From an uncultured virus (IMG/VR IMGVR_UViG_3300020469_000015) (lineage: Duplodnaviria; Heunggongvirae; Uroviricota; Caudoviricetes), in IMG/VR virus record IMGVR_UViG_3300020469_000015: 61,937 nucleotides of DNA. One strand, given 5' to 3'. This document shows, piece after piece, positions 8,433-18,720 of this stretch. The notes under the pieces are model-generated. The model was not told the origin of the DNA. It saw only the letters and a list, made by a program, of their open reading frames with translations, and did no database searches. The first letter of the stretch is position 1, and every line of letters starts with the position of its first letter. The position numbers and the translations under genes were made by a program.

Positions 8433-10418
8433 CTATGCGCCTGCTACTTCAGAAAAGGCAACGCCTGTTCTTGTAGCTACGAAGTTAAGTTTGATGAAGT
8501 TAATAGAACGATTTGGTTTGACAAATATGTCTGCAACAAATTCGTTTCTATCTATAACTGCACTTACATTGTTTGTTTCATCACACACTACTTTAAAGTC
8601 TGTGATACCACGTCTACCTTGTACGTCTCTAAGGAATGGTTCTATCAAGTTTCTGAAATTCGCTCTTGTAAATTCATCATTGAACTCAAAGAGTTGGAAT
8701 TTAGCAGCAGTTGATATTGCCTTTTCCATAGTTATGAACAATCTTCTAACATTTATTCTGTCAAAAGCACTAGGTTTCGCTTGAGCTGTCTTATCACCAA
8801 ACAATACAGTACCTTGTCCTGGGAATGTTACCACAGGATTTACTCTTGCTTTGTATAAGTCGTCTCTTTGCGCTTGGTTAGGATCAAAGGCAAGTTTAAC
8901 TGCACCTCTAATCTGACCTCTTGTAAACCCAGCCGGTGAGAACCAACTATCAGCAACTGCGTCTGTTCTAGCACAAAGTCCAGCAATGTCACCGTTTAAT
9001 GGAACATATCTATATACGCCGTTGTATTTGTCGTACATGTATTTGTATCCACTATCAATAACTGCATATGAACTTGAAGCAAGACCGTCTGCAAAAGCTT
9101 TAACATTAACAGTTTGTGCAATAGGATCGCTTACGTTTACAACGTCTGCTCTAGCAGGCGAAATAAATGCTACACAATCTTTTCTTGCTTCAACTATGTC
9201 AATAACTTTAGTTGCTTTGGTATCTCCAGTTGCGTCAGCACCTGTATGTGAAGGACCAGTCATAAGTAAGTTAACGTCAACGCTTGCACTATCAGCAAAT
9301 TTATCATAACCTAATGCTAATTCACCGTTAGTTGGTGCGTTATCGTCTGTACCACCTGTAAGACTAGAACTAAAGACTGTTATGCCTTGAGTACCAGTAT
9401 TATCAAATGTTTGACCTACTTTTGAACTACCTGCATTTGCTAATGTAGTCTCATGGTCCATCCAGTATATAAATTGACTTCTATTGTATAGAGCGTCAAC
9501 ATAATAATTGGAATCACCTTGAGCGTCTTTAGCGTCTGAAGCTTGTGATAATCCTTCGTGTGTTTCTAATATAGTACCTGCTGTGCCCGAAATGCCGCCA
9601 TCCTCGTCTGCAACTACGATATGTAACTCATCATTAGAACCACCTGCGTTAACAACATCATCTGTTGATGTTGGTGCAGCTGAGAAATTGAAATAATATT
9701 CCCAAAATCTTCTAAAGTATGCGTTATCAGCAACAGCGTGTCTTAGTCCGCCAGTTTCAGTTTTACCAGAAGCAGGATTAAATCTTGCAATGGTTAGAAC
9801 TGCACCTGAAGTGCCTGTTACTTTGTAGTATTGACCAGAAGGAGCTGCATTGAAGTTACCAGAGATATCTCCAAACTCAACAATGTCGCCTGTTTGGATC
9901 TTGTCTCCACCACCATCATCAATTGTGATAGTAGTATCGCCAATAGCCGCACTTGCGTCATTAACTAAGTTTGAGGCACCGCCAGCACTTGCATATGCAT
10001 TGCTATTTGTACACATAGATACTTTTAGGTTGTTACCTTGAGTTCCTGCTTCTCTTGCAAGCCATGAGCCTACTGAAGCAGAACCGTCGCTATAATTGTC
10101 TAAGTAGTCAGTCGTATTTTTAACTTGTAAACCTGAACTTGAACCTGCGTTCAGATTACCAGTGACTGCTCTTACTACCCTTAGGGCATTTCCGTATTGT
10201 AAAAAGTTGGCTGCCGTAAAAAAATATTCAAAAGTGTTAGCGTCTGGTTTACCAAACGTACTAACGTATTCATCTTCGCTTGAGATTAAAGTAATCTCAT
10301 CCATTGGACCTTTCTCACTAACTACAACTAAACCACCAATAGATGATGATACAGCTGGTACTACGTTAGTAAGGTCTTTTTCTGTTACGAGAACACCAGG
10401 TGAAACTAAAAAAGCCAT
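8433..10418 (-). CDS. gp18: Contractile tail sheath protein
   Basis: SPGV.V.EKDLT, WFSPAG..RG, LFGDKT, SAFDRINVRRLF, FEFNDEFTR, IFVKPNRSINFI.LNFVATRTGV.F.E. Confidence 0.99.
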   Translation of the reverse strand: MAFLVSPGVLVTEKDLTNVVPAVSSSIGGLVVVSEKGPMDEITLISSEDEYVSTFGKPDANTFEYFFTAANFLQYGNALRVVRAVTGNLNAGSSSGLQVKNTTDYLDNYSDGSASVGSWLAREAGTQGNNLKVSMCTNSNAYASAGGASNLVNDASAAIGDTTITIDDGGGDKIQTGDIVEFGDISGNFNAAPSGQYYKVTGTSGAVLTIARFNPASGKTETGGLRHAVADNAYFRRFWEYYFNFSAAPTSTDDVVNAGGSNDELHIVVADEDGGISGTAGTILETHEGLSQASDAKDAQGDSNYYVDALYNRSQFIYWMDHETTLANAGSSKVGQTFDNTGTQGITVFSSSLTGGTDDNAPTNGELALGYDKFADSASVDVNLLMTGPSHTGADATGDTKATKVIDIVEARKDCVAFISPARADVVNVSDPIAQTVNVKAFADGLASSSYAVIDSGYKYMYDKYNGVYRYVPLNGDIAGLCARTDAVADSWFSPAGFTRGQIRGAVKLAFDPNQAQRDDLYKARVNPVVTFPGQGTVLFGDKTAQAKPSAFDRINVRRLFITMEKAISTAAKFQLFEFNDEFTRANFRNLIEPFLRDVQGRRGITDFKVVCDETNNVSAVIDRNEFVADIFVKPNRSINFIKLNFVATRTGVAFSEVAGA

Positions 10419-10499
10419 CTTGTTTTCTCCTCTTAATTAAATTAATATATTAATTTGTAATTATTGTTAATTACAGAAACTATTTATAATATGCAAGAT

Positions 10500-12137
10500 T
10501 TACCAACCTCTCTTGTATTTGACAGGACTCCAACTAGTCCCATGTGGGTCCTTATATGTTTCTCCTTCAGGACTTTCTATTCCGTCATCTACAAATCCAA
10601 ATGGTGCCATGTCTTGGTCCATTTGATTTTGTTGTTCATCTACAAGTCTTGCTCGTATATCTTGGTCTGTTAACTCTTTAAAATACATTTGGTTTGACAA
10701 CCAGGCAAACATAACAAGGCAAGTCACTAAGTCGTCTGAACTACCTTCCTCTGCTTCGTATTTTTCTTTACCTTTTAATACATAAGTTGATAATTCTGCG
10801 ATTACATCAAAATCTTGGATTATATACTTATCTAATTCTATCATTGCTTTTAAATTTGAACAACCTATTTTCTTTGTCGCCTTAGTTGTACGCAATCCTA
10901 GTTGTGATTTCTTACCACTAAATCCTGTACCTGCAATCTGACCAGAACGACCTCTTTGATTAACCATAATAAGATTGTCGTATTCTAAATCAAACTGTAA
11001 AGTGTCTGCAACTTGACCACCAATATCATTTACTTCAACTAATATTTCTGCATTGTTATATGACTTTGCAATCTTATGAATTACTTGAGGAAAGATTAAA
11101 GGTTTAATTTCATTGTTCTTATACTTCGCAACTACTTTGTAAGGTATTTGACTTGCGTCTGTAACTATAAAGGCAGAATAGTCATTGACTGTACCTCTTG
11201 CAACATCAACTGTAACAACATATCTATGACCATTAATAGGCATTTCGTGTATATCTAAACCTGCGTTAGACTGTATTGGTGTGTTATGTGATAACGTTCT
11301 TAACTTAGCACTATTAATTAATGTATCTACACTACCTAAAAACTCACATTCAAACTCCGTTCTAAACTGTTGTTCACTTGTGTTCTTTATTGTTTCATCT
11401 TTCCACTTTTCGTCTCTACCAGGTACCTCTGACCAATGCACTTCAATAGGTACATAACTATTTCGTTTGTTTGTTGCGTCATTCCACATTTTATAAAACA
11501 TATTCATACCATGTGGTGTAGATACAATCATTACTTTAGAACTTTTACCAGAAGATATTGTAGGATAAACTGAACTAAAAAATTGTTCTGCAATATTATT
11601 TGGTACATAAGCAAACTCATCTAAGAATATTACATTATAAGAACCACCCCGTACGGCACTTGATGATGTAGCAGCTGCAAGTATTCTACTACCATTTTCT
11701 AATTCTAAACTACCTTTGTTCCAGTTTATAACACCTTGTTGTAACCACTTAGGTAAATTCTCATATGCAAGTTGTAAACGACCTAATAGGTCTCTTGCAA
11801 TCGCAGCTTTGTTTGCAAGTATGGCAATATTTGTGTTTGCGTTAAAGATAGCATAATGTAATAGATAAGATATAATTGTTGTTGACTTACCAGTCTGTCT
11901 TGGTAGTTTACAAATACTAAAACGATTATCATGGAAAGTATCTACCATTTCTTTTTGAAAGTTATACATTTTGAATTGTTGTAGACCGTGGTCTAGTGTA
12001 ACAATTTTAATGTAGTTTTCTATAAAGTAAACAGGATTCTCCTGACAAGCAAGAAACTCTCTTACTTGTTTTTTTGTAAAACGTATCTTTTGATTAGCCG
12101 CTTTTAAATTAGGATTACCTAGGTAAGTGTCTGCCAT
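10500..12137 (-). CDS. gp17: Terminase large subunit
   Basis: YLGNPNLK, Walker A KLPRQTGKSTT, Walker B IFLDEFAYV, VSTPHG, nuclease VDVARG...DYSAF and DDLV. Confidence 0.99.
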   Translation of the reverse strand: MADTYLGNPNLKAANQKIRFTKKQVREFLACQENPVYFIENYIKIVTLDHGLQQFKMYNFQKEMVDTFHDNRFSICKLPRQTGKSTTIISYLLHYAIFNANTNIAILANKAAIARDLLGRLQLAYENLPKWLQQGVINWNKGSLELENGSRILAAATSSSAVRGGSYNVIFLDEFAYVPNNIAEQFFSSVYPTISSGKSSKVMIVSTPHGMNMFYKMWNDATNKRNSYVPIEVHWSEVPGRDEKWKDETIKNTSEQQFRTEFECEFLGSVDTLINSAKLRTLSHNTPIQSNAGLDIHEMPINGHRYVVTVDVARGTVNDYSAFIVTDASQIPYKVVAKYKNNEIKPLIFPQVIHKIAKSYNNAEILVEVNDIGGQVADTLQFDLEYDNLIMVNQRGRSGQIAGTGFSGKKSQLGLRTTKATKKIGCSNLKAMIELDKYIIQDFDVIAELSTYVLKGKEKYEAEEGSSDDLVTCLVMFAWLSNQMYFKELTDQDIRARLVDEQQNQMDQDMAPFGFVDDGIESPEGETYKDPHGTSWSPVKYKRGW

Positions 12138-13506
12138 ATTCTTCTACTGTTGGGTTTAAGTTTTCATATCCTTCAATACTTATATCTTTAATAAGACCTT
12201 GACCTTCGCCTACATGTAACCATGACATAAGATTAAATGTTGATGTAAGTTTTCCGCCTGTTGTATGATACCATCTTAGATTACCTTTTTGTATTTGTTC
12301 TAACTTAGCATTAAACTTAGCTAAAACATTTTTCTTTCTAAACTCTTTCCAAAAAGGACTATCGTCTCTTTTAGTCATATAGTGATAGTGTAAAAACTCC
12401 ATAACCATATCGTTATTATTTGCAATTACTTCGTTATAATCTTTTTTAGTATCTTCATCATTTGTAAACATAACGTCAATAAATGTTTCAAGTAATTTTA
12501 ATTGTTCAGTTGCCATCCAAATAGATGTTGCTTCAAGTGGTTCTGTAAAACCAGAAGATAAACCTACTGCAATACAATTTTTTATCCATGTTTGTTTAAA
12601 TCTACCTGCGTCAAACTTTATTGTTCTTGTATATTCTATATTAGGAAACATTTCTTTTGCTTCAGCAAATGCTTCTTCGTCTGTTATATAATCACTATCA
12701 AATATATAACCTGCACCACATCTATGTTGTAAAGGTATCTTCCACACCCAACCATATTTCATTGCAATTGCTTGTGTGTAAGGTTTATCTTCAGGTGGTA
12801 GAAAGAAAGGTATTGCTCTCTTAATTGGTAAACAATCCTGATAACTTTTCCATTCTGACTTATATAACTTACCAATTAACTCTCTACGAAAACCTGTGCA
12901 ATCAAAAACTAAATCACATTCTATATCATTTATTTTAGTTATATTACCATGTTCATCTTGTTTCGTAGTTTTAATTTCATCATAGATATGTTTATCAACT
13001 TTGGTAATTTTTTTAAGATAATCTGCTAAAAGATGTGCGTCAAAGTGTATAGAGGTATCTATATTATTTGTATCAACAACATTCTTATATGATTGTATAG
13101 ACGCATAAGTATGGTCTTTCAAAGGCATTTTTTTGTGAATTAAATGTTTTAAATAATAATCATAACTATCATAACTAAACAAATTGTCTATACTAAAATG
13201 TTTATATTCATTATGTACTGCAAAAGGATGAAAATATTTTTGACCATCTCCATTCCAGTTTTCAAAAGATATACCTTGTTTGATTGTACCTTTACATTCT
13301 TTTAACAACTCTTGTAAATCTACATCTAACATATGTAAAAAAGAAGTTAGATGTGGTGTGCTACCTTCACCTGCACCTAAGATACCAATAGGTTTACTTT
13401 CCATTAATGTAATATGATGTTGAGGAAAAGTTTTAGTTAGATATAAGGCAGTCAACCAACCAGCAGTACCACCACCAATTATTAATATTTTTTTATCCGT
13501 CTTCAT
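12115..13506 (-). CDS. Flavin-dependent (tryptophan-halogenase-family) halogenase
   Basis: GGGTAGW FAD motif, GAGEGST, lysine motif GTIKQGI, WxWxIP (GWVWKIP), FTEPLEATSI. Confidence 0.9.
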   Translation of the reverse strand: MKTDKKILIIGGGTAGWLTALYLTKTFPQHHITLMESKPIGILGAGEGSTPHLTSFLHMLDVDLQELLKECKGTIKQGISFENWNGDGQKYFHPFAVHNEYKHFSIDNLFSYDSYDYYLKHLIHKKMPLKDHTYASIQSYKNVVDTNNIDTSIHFDAHLLADYLKKITKVDKHIYDEIKTTKQDEHGNITKINDIECDLVFDCTGFRRELIGKLYKSEWKSYQDCLPIKRAIPFFLPPEDKPYTQAIAMKYGWVWKIPLQHRCGAGYIFDSDYITDEEAFAEAKEMFPNIEYTRTIKFDAGRFKQTWIKNCIAVGLSSGFTEPLEATSIWMATEQLKLLETFIDVMFTNDEDTKKDYNEVIANNNDMVMEFLHYHYMTKRDDSPFWKEFRKKNVLAKFNAKLEQIQKGNLRWYHTTGGKLTSTFNLMSWLHVGEGQGLIKDISIEGYENLNPTVEEYGRHLPR

Positions 13507-13906
13507 TCTTATTATCTTTTATTAGTTTCTGCAATTCTGCTGTACTCCCAACAAAGAGATTATTTTCAACTTTGCTAGGTCCTTTTTTTGTTTCTTCCCC
13601 TAACTTTTTCATCTTCTCTTGTAACTGTAGTAACTTTTCAGTTACTTCTCCCACGTTCTTAATTAATTGACCTGCAACTTCGTATGTTCTAGGATGGTCT
13701 GTTTCTTTTGCAAGTGTCAATATGCCATCTATTGCGTCTTGTCCTCTTTCTACTAAGTTATATAGGTTTTCCCTACTGTACTTATAATCACTAGTGATAT
13801 CTTCTTTTTCATTAGGTCTAGGTACAGCAGGTGTAGATTGAACAATCTCTTGTTTAGTTTCAGTTATATCCAATAACTCATTGAGTTTATCCTCAACTTT
13901 TTTCAT
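13493..13906 (-). CDS. gp16: Terminase small subunit
   Basis: DYKYSRENLYNLVERGQDAI, HPRTYEVAGQLIK, NNLFVGSTAELQKL. Confidence 0.95.
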   Translation of the reverse strand: MKKVEDKLNELLDITETKQEIVQSTPAVPRPNEKEDITSDYKYSRENLYNLVERGQDAIDGILTLAKETDHPRTYEVAGQLIKNVGEVTEKLLQLQEKMKKLGEETKKGPSKVENNLFVGSTAELQKLIKDNKNEDG

Positions 13907-13924
13907 AATTTATCTTTCTAATAG

Positions 13925-14740
13925 TTATTGTTTATCAGTACCACTTTCAGGATCATATTCGTCAGCATCCTGGAAGAAAGAACGTGTTTCACTAAAACCA
14001 AAATCATCATCAGCGTCAGCAGTTGTAGGATTAGGAGTAACAACATATCGTTGTTCTCTTTTTGCCGTTGCTGTGCTTGTGTTTGTATATTGGTCTACTT
14101 GTACTTGTTTAATAACTTTCGTACTTGAAACAGGTCCATATAAATACATCTTCGCTGTAAACGATAGAGTGTACATTAAAACTCGTCTGTCTGTAAAAGT
14201 TCCGTCATAACTGTCTTCATATGTTACATCATTAAGAATAATTGGAACGTCTCTTACGATATCTAAACTTGGCATTACATTTAATGATACTGTATAGTCA
14301 GGTTGAAACATTGGTAATATTTGTTCTACAATTTGTAAAGCGTCTTCACTATTTTTTGCCATAGTAAACAATGTAAATGAAACGTTGTAAGGTACAGGCA
14401 TATAAACATTAGTCATTGACTTAGTATCTGCGCCTTTTACTTTCTTAAACTTTTGAATACGATTTAGTTTTCTGCTAGGGTCATATGTAAGACCTGTTAA
14501 TTCAAAACCAATTCGTGGTAAAGTAAGTGCCGTTGTTTTTACATCATCAGCACCTCTTGTACTATCTTGGTCAATTCTAGCTAAGAACTTTTGTTTTGGT
14601 CCGTATGCAAGTGGAACTTTCATCTTTTGATTTATTTTTCCTGTACTCGCTCTACGATATATGTACAAATCATTAAACAATGTACCAAACGCTACTATCG
14701 TTTTTCTAATTAGTTCATGGTATTGTGCGTCTTTAAACAT
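13925..14740 (-). CDS. gp15: Tail sheath stabiliser / tail terminator
   Basis: RKTIVAFGTLFN, KVPLAYGPKQKFLAR, LPRIGFE, PVPYN, LQIVEQILP.FQP. Confidence 0.95.
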   Translation of the reverse strand: MFKDAQYHELIRKTIVAFGTLFNDLYIYRRASTGKINQKMKVPLAYGPKQKFLARIDQDSTRGADDVKTTALTLPRIGFELTGLTYDPSRKLNRIQKFKKVKGADTKSMTNVYMPVPYNVSFTLFTMAKNSEDALQIVEQILPMFQPDYTVSLNVMPSLDIVRDVPIILNDVTYEDSYDGTFTDRRVLMYTLSFTAKMYLYGPVSSTKVIKQVQVDQYTNTSTATAKREQRYVVTPNPTTADADDDFGFSETRSFFQDADEYDPESGTDKQ

Positions 14741-14750
14741 TATTTACTCC

Positions 14751-15623
14751 TTATAAGTCACTTGGGTCACCAAATGGATTCTTTTCTGTGAAGTCAAAGA
14801 TATCGTTACTTGCGTCTGTATCGTTTAATCCTGCTTCATCATCAAAAGATATATTGTCAGCGCCTGGTCTATCAGCCGCCATGTTTGTTGTGTTGCTATC
14901 TTCTAACACTATATAGTCAACATATTGAGGGTCATCCTCAAGGATAATATTGTCACCGTCAACTTCATCAACAATTAAATCACCTGTTTCTGCTAACAAT
15001 GCCTCAACATTACCATCAGTTACTTCAGCAAGTAAAGCACCTGAAGATGTTGTACCAATCTCTAGTGTTATTTGATTTTGTAATAAATCTAAATTCTCGT
15101 CTTCTAATTTTTCATCAATCTCAGTAATACCTGTATCAACTAATTCATGTGAGTAATCCCAAACAGATGATTTAAGTTTGAAGATAGGTAAATCATTAAT
15201 CTGATACATTGGATCCTCATCTTCAACAAAATCTACTTGAAAGAATTTCTTAAAGGTTGGCATGTAAATAATGTCACCTTCTCTAGGTCTGTTTATTGAA
15301 ATTGTATTTGATGGTTGGTCAACTAATAACTCAAATGAACGTCTGCTAACAACGAAAGTTATTTCGTCTTTCATATCTAAACCAAACTTACCAATCAAGT
15401 CACCTTGACCGGCAAAACCGTTCACGTCTTCTATGTACATTTCTATTTGATATGCTTCTGTGTACTTACTATCAGGCGTTTCACCTAATATTTTATCTTC
15501 CGTTACAGTTGTTCTAGGAAGATAGTGTACTTCATGCCCAAATATTTTTAACTGCTCTATGATTAAATCTTCATAGAGAGTTTTTTCTGAGTGTGTACCG
15601 TGTGAGAAATATGTATTTTTCAC
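14751..15623 (-). CDS. gp14: Neck protein with acidic C-terminal insertion
   Basis: LYEDLIIEQLKIFG..V.YLPR, IEMYIE...GF.G.GD...KFG, RPREGDIIY.P, C-terminal FDFTEKNPFG; GTG start. Confidence 0.93.
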   Translation of the reverse strand: MKNTYFSHGTHSEKTLYEDLIIEQLKIFGHEVHYLPRTTVTEDKILGETPDSKYTEAYQIEMYIEDVNGFAGQGDLIGKFGLDMKDEITFVVSRRSFELLVDQPSNTISINRPREGDIIYMPTFKKFFQVDFVEDEDPMYQINDLPIFKLKSSVWDYSHELVDTGITEIDEKLEDENLDLLQNQITLEIGTTSSGALLAEVTDGNVEALLAETGDLIVDEVDGDNIILEDDPQYVDYIVLEDSNTTNMAADRPGADNISFDDEAGLNDTDASNDIFDFTEKNPFGDPSDL

Positions 15624-15626
15624 TTA

Positions 15627-16454
15627 TTAACCTACCATATAATTTGGTGGTAATTCAAAACTTAACTGTATTTGTTCTTCTAGTTTGTTGATTTCATCTT
15701 GTGCTTGAGAGTAAATTTGTTCACCATTCATTTGAACACCACCCAGCATTGCAACTCCCTGGAATTTAGATAAGTTTGTACCCCATTGTTTTTTGATTAA
15801 TTGAATTAAATATTTTTTTAAGAATATATCATCAAACAAATCAGTAAATGTTGAACCGTCTAATTTACGATAGCATTCTATAATCATAAAGTCACCTGCT
15901 TTAACATCATGTGCCCAATCCATATCTATATACAATCTGTTTTTGTGTTGATTGTATCTAACTGGTCTTTCACCTGTTAGAATATGGTCTAACATATCTA
16001 AATGTCTTAATGTCATATCGTAGTGTATAATACTTGTAGATGAAAAATCATACAAGTCATTTAATCTTAATTGATATCTGACATCAAATAAATTTAATGC
16101 CGCTTTGTCTGTAAAAGGAAATACTTGTAATACTGACATTACATTTGAAGGCATAGGTATATAATTCTTACCTTCTTTAAAACTTGCTGTTACTGTGGAA
16201 TCTGCTGTATCTGTGACTGTAGTTAATGTTTCATTTGCTCTTGCTCTATCAATATCATCTTGTGTAACTTGATATTTTAAATACATTCTTTCAGAACCGT
16301 CATAATGATACTGAGCAAAGTATTGTACTGCTTCGTCTATTCTATCTTCTACTTGGTCATCTTCTACATTGATTTCAATAACAGGTTTACCTAATGCTCT
16401 TAGGCAGTATTGTTTAAGTGTTTCTCTACTAGTTATTGGATTATTTTGTGCCAT
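15627..16454 (-). CDS. gp13: Neck protein
   Basis: LKQYCLRALGKPVIEINV..DQVEDRIDEA.Q.F..YHYDG, KQWG.NL.KF.GV...GGV..NG. Confidence 0.97.
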   Translation of the reverse strand: MAQNNPITSRETLKQYCLRALGKPVIEINVEDDQVEDRIDEAVQYFAQYHYDGSERMYLKYQVTQDDIDRARANETLTTVTDTADSTVTASFKEGKNYIPMPSNVMSVLQVFPFTDKAALNLFDVRYQLRLNDLYDFSSTSIIHYDMTLRHLDMLDHILTGERPVRYNQHKNRLYIDMDWAHDVKAGDFMIIECYRKLDGSTFTDLFDDIFLKKYLIQLIKKQWGTNLSKFQGVAMLGGVQMNGEQIYSQAQDEINKLEEQIQLSFELPPNYMVG

Positions 16455-16462
16455 AATAATAC

Positions 16463-16481
16463 TATTTATGCATTATATATA
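16463..16481. promoter_or_regulatory. Back-to-back late-type promoters for gp13 (minus) and the oxygenase cluster (plus)
   Basis: CATAAATA (minus, 16463-16470) 8 nt before the gp13 ATG; TATATATA (plus, 16474-16481) 5 nt before ATG 16487. Confidence 0.55.
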
Positions 16482-16486
16482 CCTAT

Positions 16487-17095
16487 ATGATATTAAAGAA
16501 TTACTATTATTATTATTCTAGTGTGATACCTGAGTATTTGTGTGATGATATTATACGCTTTGCTAACAATCAACAAGAACTTATTGCTTCCACTGGTGGT
16601 CTGAATACTGAGGAACTACAAGTAAACAAAGAGTTACAAAAAGAAAACGAACAGCATAGAAGCAGTCATATATCTTGGTTAGAAGAACCTTGGATTTATA
16701 ATGAAATACAACCATATGTCCACGAAGCAAATAGACTAGCTGGTTGGAACTTTGATTGGGACTTTTCTGAGACTATACAATTTACAAGATACAAATTAAA
16801 TCAATATTATAATTGGCATGCTGACCAACAAGCTGAACCTTATAACAACGGACACCCTCAACATGAAGGTAAGATAAGAAAATTATCATGTACAATACAA
16901 CTAAATCACCCACACGAATATGAGGGTGGTGATTTACAGTTTAGAACACCACATGGTGAGTTTACTTGTAATGAAATAAAACCAAAAGGGTCTATATGTA
17001 TCTTTCCGTCTTTTGTTACTCATAGAGTTACAACTGTTACATCTGGTACAAGAAATAGTTTAGTAATGTGGAATTTAGGATACCCATATAAATGA
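16487..17095 (+). CDS. 2OG-Fe(II) oxygenase (PKHD/prolyl-hydroxylase type)
   Basis: QFTRY...YNWHAD, RKLS.TIQL....EYEGGDL.F, FPSFVTHRV..V.SG.RNSLV.W. Confidence 0.9.
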   Translation: MILKNYYYYYSSVIPEYLCDDIIRFANNQQELIASTGGLNTEELQVNKELQKENEQHRSSHISWLEEPWIYNEIQPYVHEANRLAGWNFDWDFSETIQFTRYKLNQYYNWHADQQAEPYNNGHPQHEGKIRKLSCTIQLNHPHEYEGGDLQFRTPHGEFTCNEIKPKGSICIFPSFVTHRVTTVTSGTRNSLVMWNLGYPYK

Positions 17096-17123
17096 TTTTT
17101 TACGGTAAAATAAGAGATTAGTC

Positions 17124-17690
17124 ATGCTTGATGAAATAAAAATACAACCACTTTTTGCTAAACCTCTTGCATTTACTAAAATTTCTATACACGAAAGTGA
17201 TATACAGATAATAAAAGATTTAGAATATAAACAAATAGAACCTGATGGTTTTCAATCTGTAGATGATATGATATGGGATAGACTACCTGATTTAACTAGA
17301 GATATAGAACATCAAGTAAAAGCATTTAATGATAATGTAATGTTCTTTCAAACACCTATCAAAATGACTAGAATGTGGGGAACTAAATTTTTACCTGGTC
17401 AACAAGGCGAAGTACACTATCATAAAAACTCAACGTATAGTTTTGTATTATACTTAGATAAAGGTATGAGTTGTCAGTTTCAATCATTTGGGCAAGAAGA
17501 ATTGTTTGACCCAAAGTATGATAAATATAATATATTTAATATGAAAAGTTTTGACATGCCAGTAGAAAGAGGTACACTACTAATATTTAAATCTAGTTTA
17601 CCTCATAAAGTTATGAAAACTAATAACGAAAGATATAGTGTTGCTGGTAATTTTGTAGTTACTGATTTAAAGGATTTTAATATTGTATGA
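17124..17690 (+). CDS. 2OG-Fe(II) oxygenase-like protein (HxH type)
   Basis: W......GQ....HYH.NS..S.V.Y, G.LLIF.S.L.H.V......RYSVA.N. Confidence 0.8.
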   Translation: MLDEIKIQPLFAKPLAFTKISIHESDIQIIKDLEYKQIEPDGFQSVDDMIWDRLPDLTRDIEHQVKAFNDNVMFFQTPIKMTRMWGTKFLPGQQGEVHYHKNSTYSFVLYLDKGMSCQFQSFGQEELFDPKYDKYNIFNMKSFDMPVERGTLLIFKSSLPHKVMKTNNERYSVAGNFVVTDLKDFNIV

Positions 17691-18262
17691 CAACGTTTAT
17701 AGGTGAATATAAGATAGACGATAGTATTTGTGATAGACTTATTGAACATCACAAAAACGGAAAGAAAAAACAAGGTCTTTCTGGTTATGATATGATTGAT
17801 AAAGACACTAAAGATAGTATAGATGTTGCTGGCAAAGATATACCTTATTATTATGATTATTTAAATGTATGTATTGAAAAATATAAACAAACTTATATAT
17901 TTTCAGACAAAGACCAATATTATTATGATGTTTTAGAATGTCCAAACATACAATATTACCCACCAGGTGGTGGTTTTAAAATTTGGCACTATGAAAATAC
18001 TTGGCAAAGAGATGTTAATAATCCAAATGATTTAACAATGGCAAAAAGACACTTAGTCTTTATGACTTATTTAAATGATGTAACAGATGAAGGTGAAACT
18101 GAATTTTTTTATCAAAAAAGAATTATACAACCTCGTAAAGGTCTTACACTTATTTGGCCAGCAAGTTGGACTCATACTCATAAAGGTGTACCATCATTAA
18201 CACAAGAAAAATATATTATAACAGGTTGGATTTCTTTTAGAGATTATGTGGATCAAAAATAA
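17687..18262 (+). CDS. 2OG-Fe(II) oxygenase (HxE type)
   Basis: NIQYYPPGGGFKIWHYE, RHLVFMTYLNDV...GETEF, LIWPA.WTHTHKG, KYIITGW. Confidence 0.88.
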   Translation: MTTFIGEYKIDDSICDRLIEHHKNGKKKQGLSGYDMIDKDTKDSIDVAGKDIPYYYDYLNVCIEKYKQTYIFSDKDQYYYDVLECPNIQYYPPGGGFKIWHYENTWQRDVNNPNDLTMAKRHLVFMTYLNDVTDEGETEFFYQKRIIQPRKGLTLIWPASWTHTHKGVPSLTQEKYIITGWISFRDYVDQK

Positions 18263-18719
18263 CTTTTTAAAAAATGTTAATGATGTAAGGCAAGTTGCAC
18301 TTAACTCAACATATAGAACAAATGAACACAACACTTTTTATAGAGGGTTTAGAGCAGATGTACCAGAAGAATATTATCACACTATTGCAAATGATATATT
18401 AGAGGTACTTAATTTAGAACGTGCTAAAGTAGAAATGTATTTTTCATATCAAACAAGCGATATAATTACTAAAGATAAATATAGTAAACATACAGATAAA
18501 TCTGATTGGGCAGGTGTAATATATCTTACACCTAATCCTAAACCTAATTCTGGTACAATACTATATAATAAAGAAAATATACAAACTATTATTGAAAACA
18601 AATACAATAAATTAGTAGCATATAATTCAAAAATTACACATTCACCAGATTATACGTTTGGTGATAATATAACAAATGCAAGAATGACTTTGACGTTTTT
18701 TGTCTATAGAGAAAGGTAA
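18246..18719 (+). CDS. 2OG-Fe(II) oxygenase-like protein (DUF6445-like)
   Basis: NNF......VR..AL, Y.G.R, HTD..WAGVIYLTP......GT, N.YN.LV.Y.....H, R.TL.FF. Confidence 0.8.
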   Translation: MWIKNNFLKNVNDVRQVALNSTYRTNEHNTFYRGFRADVPEEYYHTIANDILEVLNLERAKVEMYFSYQTSDIITKDKYSKHTDKSDWAGVIYLTPNPKPNSGTILYNKENIQTIIENKYNKLVAYNSKITHSPDYTFGDNITNARMTLTFFVYRER

Positions 18720-18720
18720 T

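Noticed and set aside
10500..12137. Intein or intron in the terminase or other core genes
   Set aside because: Normal lengths, uninterrupted frames and no splicing motifs seen
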